A DNA stretch of 64,000 nucleotides, from contig NIVC01001349.1 in the NCBI GenBank assembly GCA_002269645.1, positions 15,261-79,260 on the forward strand, given 5' to 3'. Source of the stretch: Macrostomum lignano (lineage: Eukaryota). The notes under the pieces were generated by a model that worked only from the letters and a program-made list of their open reading frames with translations, made no database searches and was not told the DNA's origin. Shown piece by piece: positions 57,296 through 64,000 of this stretch; position 1 is the first letter of the stretch, and each line of letters begins with the position of its first letter. Both the position numbers and the translations under genes were made by a program.

Positions 57296-59289
57296 ACTTC
57301 CGCCCTTTTCATTTACTCGTACTAGCCGCATAATACAAATACATGTACAAGTTCTCAAATTCAACCGAATACCAATGCTTGTGGATAATAATTTCAGACA
57401 GAAGTATCCAAAATATTCGACGCAAAATCAATCACAAACAGCATTGACAACGCTAGGATAGAACAAATCCGAAAGTTATTGAGCAACTAAAAGTACAGTA
57501 GGCTAAGCCACAATCAGAGACAGATTTTTGTGGGACAAATAATATTTCAGAGTGGATATTAATAATAGCCAACGGAGAATAGAGAGGCAGATGGGGACAG
57601 TCGTGACAGACTGCGGACGGTTCCCATACCGATCCCAGCTAATTCTCCCAGTTCCCGAATCATCCAGCGCAGCCGTCGCATTTCTCCTTCCTCCTCCCAC
57701 CCCATTGCGAATCCCCGAGCAGAAAAAATCAATTTTTCTCCGTGACGCGGCCGGAAATCGCGGTTGCCGCCCGTCCGCCCCGGCCCCACCCCACTCAGTC
57801 AGTTGACGGAGGGGCTGCAACGATTTTCCATCCCACACCCCCTCCCCTGCTATCTTCTCTCATCGCCTTTTTTGATTTTTTACGCCACTAATTTCACTCG
57901 GCGGACGTGACTTGAGGGAAACTCGTCCTTATACCCTAACCTTTCCCTCAGGCGATTGGAAAATTTCAAATCAACTTTGATGAGTTGCCTATCACGTATT
58001 ATATTACTTAAATATATTATTATATAGGAACTCGTATAGCGCCTAGATAGAGCTTTAACCCAGATATCTGCAATTGGGAAAAAAACTCTTGAAGAGACGC
58101 AAGGCGAGACATGCAGAGGCAAGCAATACTGAGTCAGTGGGCCGCCGGCACTTCAGAGGCTTCCTAATTTGATAGGGGCAACACCTGTTGTCAGGCAGTT
58201 GTTGGCAGTTGACTAAGTGGGAGCTCTGTCTTCAAAATAATACTTCCACTTCCTTACCCCTTCTCCCAGCCAAAGCACACCTGCTGCCAATCGAGCTAAG
58301 AAATCCTCTTAATAAATGTGTACTTTTGCCATTAGAAGGAATTGACTTTGCTTAGCCGGGGAAAAATCTCGAAAATAGTTTTTCATTGTGAGCCTCAGAT
58401 TCGGCATACTAGGCCGCTTTATGCCTCGCTATATAAATTTCCCTCCGATGCTATTTTTGACCCTCAACAGCCTCTCGTTCTTCTTCATCAACAATCGCCT
58501 CAGAAGCTGCTGCAGCTGCAGGGCATGCCAAGGCATGCACAGCTCTGCCACACCCGTCCTTCCTTTTCGCTTTTCTCCCTCATTCTCTCCTCTCTCTCTC
58601 CTCAACCCTCAACCCTCAACCCCCGAGGGCCTTGACATTTTCACTCCGCAGTGCCTCCCCGTCCAGGCGGCATTCCAATCTAGCCAGCTGCCGCATATTC
58701 ACGGATGACGGCTGATGTAGCATCGCGAGGGGGGGGGGGGCTAGCCACCCACCACCCACCCTTCGAACTCCGAACATGCCGCCCTTCAATTGCTTTCAGG
58801 CCAGACCCGCAGACCGACCGAGATGGATAATGCGTGTTGGGACCGCGATCGTGCGGGTTTCTTATTCTCGTCCCAACTTCGACCCTGGCTGCAGATTCTC
58901 CCTCTCCCGCTATCCCCTCCCCTTCCAGCGGGGCAGCTGGGCAAGCTTCAGTTTAATCTGCCCGCCCTCTGGGATAACATTAGCGAAGGGGAAGAGAGAA
59001 TGGCATTGGGATTCTTTAATCGCCTCAGCGGCACAAAGAGGGTGCAAGTGTACACCCGATATGCCGGTTGTCGATTGGCTTCCAACCACCTGCTGAGCTC
59101 CTATTTTGCTAATTATTTTACAATACGCCGTGAAGTTTCCTTCGCTGGGCGAACTTCTAAAAGTACAGGGCTTCTTGCACCAGATCGCGGGCTTCGGGGA
59201 CTCTCTCTCTGGGCTAAGACCATCTTGTGAATTTATTCGGCTGATGTGATGATGGTTAGGACAAGAATTGCAGGCTCTTGATCTCTTAC

Positions 59290-59844
59290 CCGGCTCCTCT
59301 CCTCCCGCTCCTGGGCCTCTCGCCTCGCCTCCTCTTCCCTGATCTGGCGCTCGTAGAACCAATGCGAGAATTTCACCACGGAGACAACCGTTGACGGCGG
59401 CGAGAACTGGCGCGGCAGGCTCTGCGCTGCGCGACCGCCGCCTGTGCGGCGCCCGAGAGCCGGCGGTCCGTTCGCGGCCGGAGGCGCGCTTGACGGCTCC
59501 TCCGACGACGCCAGCTGGCTGCCGTGCTGCGACTGCGTCATCTTCGGCGCCAGATATTGCTCCTTGAGGGCGGCCCACCTGTCCGCCGAGTTCACGTAGT
59601 CGCTTTTTCTTAGAAAATCGTACCTAGCCAAAGTGGCGGATTTCTGAATATTGCTGCCAGGCGCGGCCGACTGCTGGCCCTGGACGCGGGCAGCGACCAC
59701 CGTTTCGTTGATCTCCGTTTCGCCGCCGTTTTTGGCGCCATCTGCGGCGCCAGATATGGGGGCGCCTGGCGCGCCGTCCGTGCCGGCGCCGTCGACTACG
59801 GACTTGTCCTTCTTTTTGCGCTTCCCGAAGCAGCCGAAAGGCAT
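59290..59844 (-). CDS. Multi-IQ calmodulin-binding protein, exon 1
   Basis: ATG at 59844 with an in-frame stop 12 nt upstream; MPFGCFGKRKKKDK...; phase-0 donor CGG|GTAAGA; GC-rich codon usage. The join to 56234 is inferred from phase. Confidence 0.7.
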
Positions 59845-60316
59845 TGCGGCTTCTTATCTTGGTTGGTTGGTGTCTTTTGCTCCTCGTCTGCTTTGCCGGA
59901 GGCTGATGAAAAACCCGCGCTAGAGAAGCCGCTTCTCTTCCTCTGTTGCTTTTTTTACTCGGACAGAGAAGCAAAAAAGGCGGTCGATTGAAGCTCGAAA
60001 AGAGGGCGGATGTTGTTGCTTGGATCCGAAGAAAGAAAATCGCGACTGAGTAGCTGATTGATGCGAATCCTTCCGCTTGCTGTTTACTTCTAGTTCAGTT
60101 TCTGCTTCTAGCGCGGGCGACCAGGTAAGAGACGACGCCAAGGAGAGGAGATGATGAAGAAGGACGGTAGGTGGCGGTGGCGCCGGCTGCAGCAACGGGG
60201 AAAAATAGCTCCGCCACCGGGCCGGGGAAAAGAACAGACGGAACGGAACGATGCGTCCGCGATGTCCAGAAGGATTGGCAGGGGAAGAGCCGCCGGATAG
60301 ACGGACTGCGCGTTCG

Positions 60317-60369
<53 letters not shown>

Positions 60370-61381
60370 TCTTTACCGTCAAAAAGGCGAGCGTCTAAGC
60401 CTCCGCGAATGGCTGCTGGTGGTGGTCTGTCGAATTTTCGAATTGCGCGCGCGCTCGCAGGGCGGGGGTAGAAGGTAAAGTATTAGCCGCTGCCCCCCGA
60501 GTGGTTCGCCAGGGGAAGGGGGTTGGGAAAGAAAATGACGGAGAGGGGATATTAGAGAGGGAAGCTTGAAGAGTTTGTGCGCACTCGGTTCGGCAACGCT
60601 GTACACTAAGCTGTAAGCTGGATGCTTCCTCTCGGATTCGGTCGAAGCTTGTCTAGGCGAAAGCGGCTGTTGCTTTTTCTCCTTCTGCTGCTGCTGCCGC
60701 TGCTAGTTATGCCTGTTTCCTTTAGTGCTTTTCAGACTTTCTGGCCCCCCTCCTATCTGTGTTTGGGACAAGGGCTAGCTCGCGGGAGACGGCGGGCAGA
60801 AGCGGAGTGTGGGGATTTTTTACAGTTTCGCTGGGCAGCCGCGGAGGCTGGGGCGGCTCTGGGCGCCGAATGGCATTTTTCTGCGCTCTCAGGCAAGACA
60901 GAAAATAGGATGAAGGAAGGATTTCTTGGGAACAGGAGGAGGAGGAACTATTCGAGTGCTAAATTTAGTCTCAAGACTGCGTGTTTCTCCTCTTGTGTGC
61001 AGAGATTTCTTGGCCCGGATTGAGGGAAGAGGAGAGGAAAGGGAGACGATGAGGCAAGGATATTCTGGCTGGGAGGCTGGAGAGCTTCGATCGGAGGAGG
61101 GGCGCCACTTGCTCGATCTTGCTCGCTCGGTCAGGTGAAGCCTTGAGCAGTCGGTGCTCTAAGGTGAGGACTCTGAGCTGATCCTGCTCTTCTTCTCTGC
61201 CGTCTTACAGAGCGGATTAGCAGCTGAATCGCTTTCCAGCCAATCCTTTTTGTAGCCGACGCTGACAGCTATCTTCTTCTTCTTCTATCTTCTTCTTTTG
61301 CTGCTTCTTCCGCTTCGAGAGTGTTGAATAGTGATGATAATAGCATGGCCTGCAGCTGCTGAGGGCTGCGCCCACTGAGTA

Positions 61382-61436
61382 TATAAAACCGTCACGTATA
61401 GGAGCGGAGAGAGAGAAGAGGGGAGCAGGGTAAGTC
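61382..61436 (+). promoter_or_regulatory. Possible TATA box followed by a short first exon and donor (divergent to the IQ gene)
   Basis: TATAAAA at 61382-61388; CAGG|GTAAGT at 61430. Confidence 0.28.
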
Positions 61437-62574
61437 TGGGAGGGGGGGGCTGCTAGGGAGTCCTGAGTCCGACAATATCCCCCCCCGTGTGGGAGCGGCA
61501 GGCACGGCCGATTTCATTTAGCAATGTAAGGGGAAGACAGAGGATAGAAGCATACTGAGCCTGGGGATCTCACCTCTCTTTCTTTCTTCCTCTCGCCGAT
61601 TCAGCTAACACAATGTACAATTGATCCAGTGGCATAGAAGCAGCAGACACTGCACAATGCTGCCCAATACTAATGGCCCACGGCTTGGCTTGTTTAGCTG
61701 AATCCAGCCTCACTGCTTGTTTGTGTTTTTTGATTTATATCAACTCGCAAGATTCAGCTAGAGATTATATCTGTGTCCAGTGGCGCTGAAGTTTATGCAG
61801 AATGAAACAATGCAGCAACATTCTTGTTTGGTTACAGCGGAAACCCCACCAATGTAGTTGATCCTGTCCAGATTCTAGACTTAGAAGTCCTTGGTTCAAG
61901 AAGGGGTGAGTCGGACTAGCAGTCCAGCGCACACTAATCTCCTGTTATTCACTTTCTAACGATGAGTCACAGTGTCTGAGTAAGGAATTAAAGGGCGACG
62001 CCTCCCGCCACGACACCTCGTGCATACCCAGCTTCCTTTTCTTCCCCATCCTTCATCCGTTCCCCATTTTCTCAATTTCCCGACCTCCCCCCCACGGATT
62101 CGCCCTGCTCTCCTACTGGATGAAGCTCCAAGGGCAGCGACATCGCAGGAAGCTGCCGGGCGACACGGTGGCGTGAGCAGCCAGATTTGCTCGAATCTCA
62201 TATTTCTGTCCGAGACTCCGGGTGCTCAGCAAGCGAATAATTTGAGGCGTTGGGGAAGAGGAGAGGGTTCTATATCAAATGCTGCAAAGGAAGGGAAGAT
62301 CTGGGATGCTACAGAATCCAAATGGTTCATTTTTTATCGTGAGCGATGGAGTGGCTTGCCATATCATATGCTGTCTGCTGGTCACGAAAGGCCGTTCTTT
62401 CTTAAGTGGTTTCTTTCAGTTTATTTAGGATATTTTTGCCCACCTCACATCTGAGGCTATAAATGCAACCGCATATTGTTGGAAGTTGGAACTGATTATT
62501 CGAAGAATGGCATTTTAGGTATAATTTACCTATGCCAATTCTGTTGTCTGTTAGGGGGTCAGGAAGGGCAAGTC

Positions 62575-63860
62575 TCAGTTGGGGGGAGTCAAATCGGGGA
62601 GGGCAAATCTCAGCCTGGGGTCAAATCGGGTAGGGAAATTCTCATGTCGGGGGGGGTCAAATCGGGAGGGCGATTCTCATGTCGGAGGGTCAAATCTAAG
62701 AGGGTGATTCTCATGCCGGGGGTCAAATCGAGGAGGGCGATTCTCATGCCGGGGGGTCAAATCGAGGAGGGTGATTCTCATGCCGGGAGGTCAAATCGAG
62801 GAGGGCGATTCTCATGCCGGGGGGTCAAATCGAGGAGGGCGATTCTCATGATGGGGGTCAAATCGGGGAGGGAAAGTCTCAGGCCGGGGGGGGTTAAATC
62901 GGGGAGGGCAATTCTCATGCGGGGGGGGGTCAAATCGGGGAGGGCAATTCTCATGCCGGCGGGGGGAAATCGGGGAGGGAAAGTCTCAGGCCGGGAGGGT
63001 CAAATCGGGGAGGGCAATTCTCATGCCGGCGGGGGTCAAATCGGGAGGGCAATTCTCATGCCGGCGGGGGGTCAAATCGGGGAGGGAAAGTCTCAGGCCG
63101 GGGGGGGGTTAAATCGGGGAGGGCAATTCTCATGCCGGGGGTCAAATCGGGGAGGGCAATTCTCATGCCGGCGGGGGTCAAATCGGGAGGGAAAGTCTCA
63201 GGCCGGGAGGGTCAAATCGGGAGGGCAATTCTCATGCCGGCGGGGGGTCAAATCGGGGAGGGCAATTCTCATGCCGGCGGGGGGTCAAATCGGGGAGGGA
63301 AAGTCTCAGGCCGGGGGGGTTAAATCGGGGAGGGCAATTCTCATGCCGGGGGGGTCAAATCGGGGAGGGCAATTCTCATGCCGGCGGGGTCAAATCGGGG
63401 AGGGAAAGTCTCAGGCCGGGAGGGTCAAATCGGGGAGGGCAATTCTCATGCCGGCGGGGGGTCAAATCGGGGAGGGCAATTCTCATGCCGGCGGGGGTCA
63501 AATCGGGGAGGGAAAGTCTCAGGCCGGGAGGGTCAAATCGGGGAGGGCAATTCTCATGCCGGGGGGGGGTCAAATCGGGGAGGGCAATTCTCATGCCGGC
63601 GGGGGGTCAAATCGTGGAGGGAAGTCTCAGGCCGGGGGGTCAAATCGGGGAGGGCATTCTCATGCCGGCGGGGGGTCAAATCGGGAGGGAAAGTCTCAGG
63701 CCGGGAGGGTCAAATCGGGCGAGGGCAATTCTCATGCCGGCGGGGGGTCAAATCGGGGAGGGAAAGTCTCAGACCCAGGGGGGGAAAAATCGGGTGAGGA
63801 AGTTCTCATGCCGGGGGGGTCAAATCGGAGAGGGCAAGTCTCTGACCGGGGTTTAAGTCG
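62575..63860 (+). repeat. G-rich ~35-38-bp minisatellite with two alternating unit types
   Basis: GGGGTCAAATCGGGGAGGG followed by either CAATTCTCATGCCGGC or AAAGTCTCAGGCCGG. Confidence 0.95.
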
Positions 63861-64000
63861 GGGAAGGAGATGTCTCAAAAGGAGGTCAATTCAGAGGGTC
63901 GGGAGGGCAAGTCTCAGGGGTGCTGGACTAGACAGCCGCACTCCTCGGTGCTCCACTTTCATTTGTACTTTTATTCAGACTATCTCTATTTATCGTTGCC

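Noticed and set aside
58790-59923. Plus-strand ORFs of 90-146 aa overlapping IQ-gene exon 1
   Set aside because: Best explained as antisense shadows of GC-rich coding and flanking sequence.

Overview
Eukaryotic (invertebrate metazoan) genomic DNA that is very rich in repeats. The GC-rich exons, poly-Ala/Gln tracts, GATA/GACA microsatellites and many locus-specific minisatellites are reminiscent of the flatworm Macrostomum (inference only). Two spliced minus-strand genes were reconstructed by hand. (1) A secreted or membrane Ig-superfamily protein: signal-peptide exon at 31.1 kb, a 20.7-kb intron, then six exons encoding four Ig domains that run off the left edge. It most resembles the Hedgehog co-receptors iHog/CDON/BOC. 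(2) A ~419-aa four-IQ-motif calmodulin-binding protein (59.8 to 51.0 kb) with a GAP-43/igloo-like N-terminus. The introns and intergenic DNA hold about 25 different minisatellites and several mobile elements. These include a young 5'-truncated Penelope-like element with 446-bp inverted arms, two hammerhead ribozyme motifs and a nested solo LTR; two SINE families; an RNase H-bearing LINE split by a TGT...ACA (Ginger-like) transposon; and an RTE fragment carrying a MITE. The long ORFs in the supplied track are almost all repeat artefacts. No CRISPR, rRNA or genuine tRNA was found. All analysis was by eye, with no database searches.
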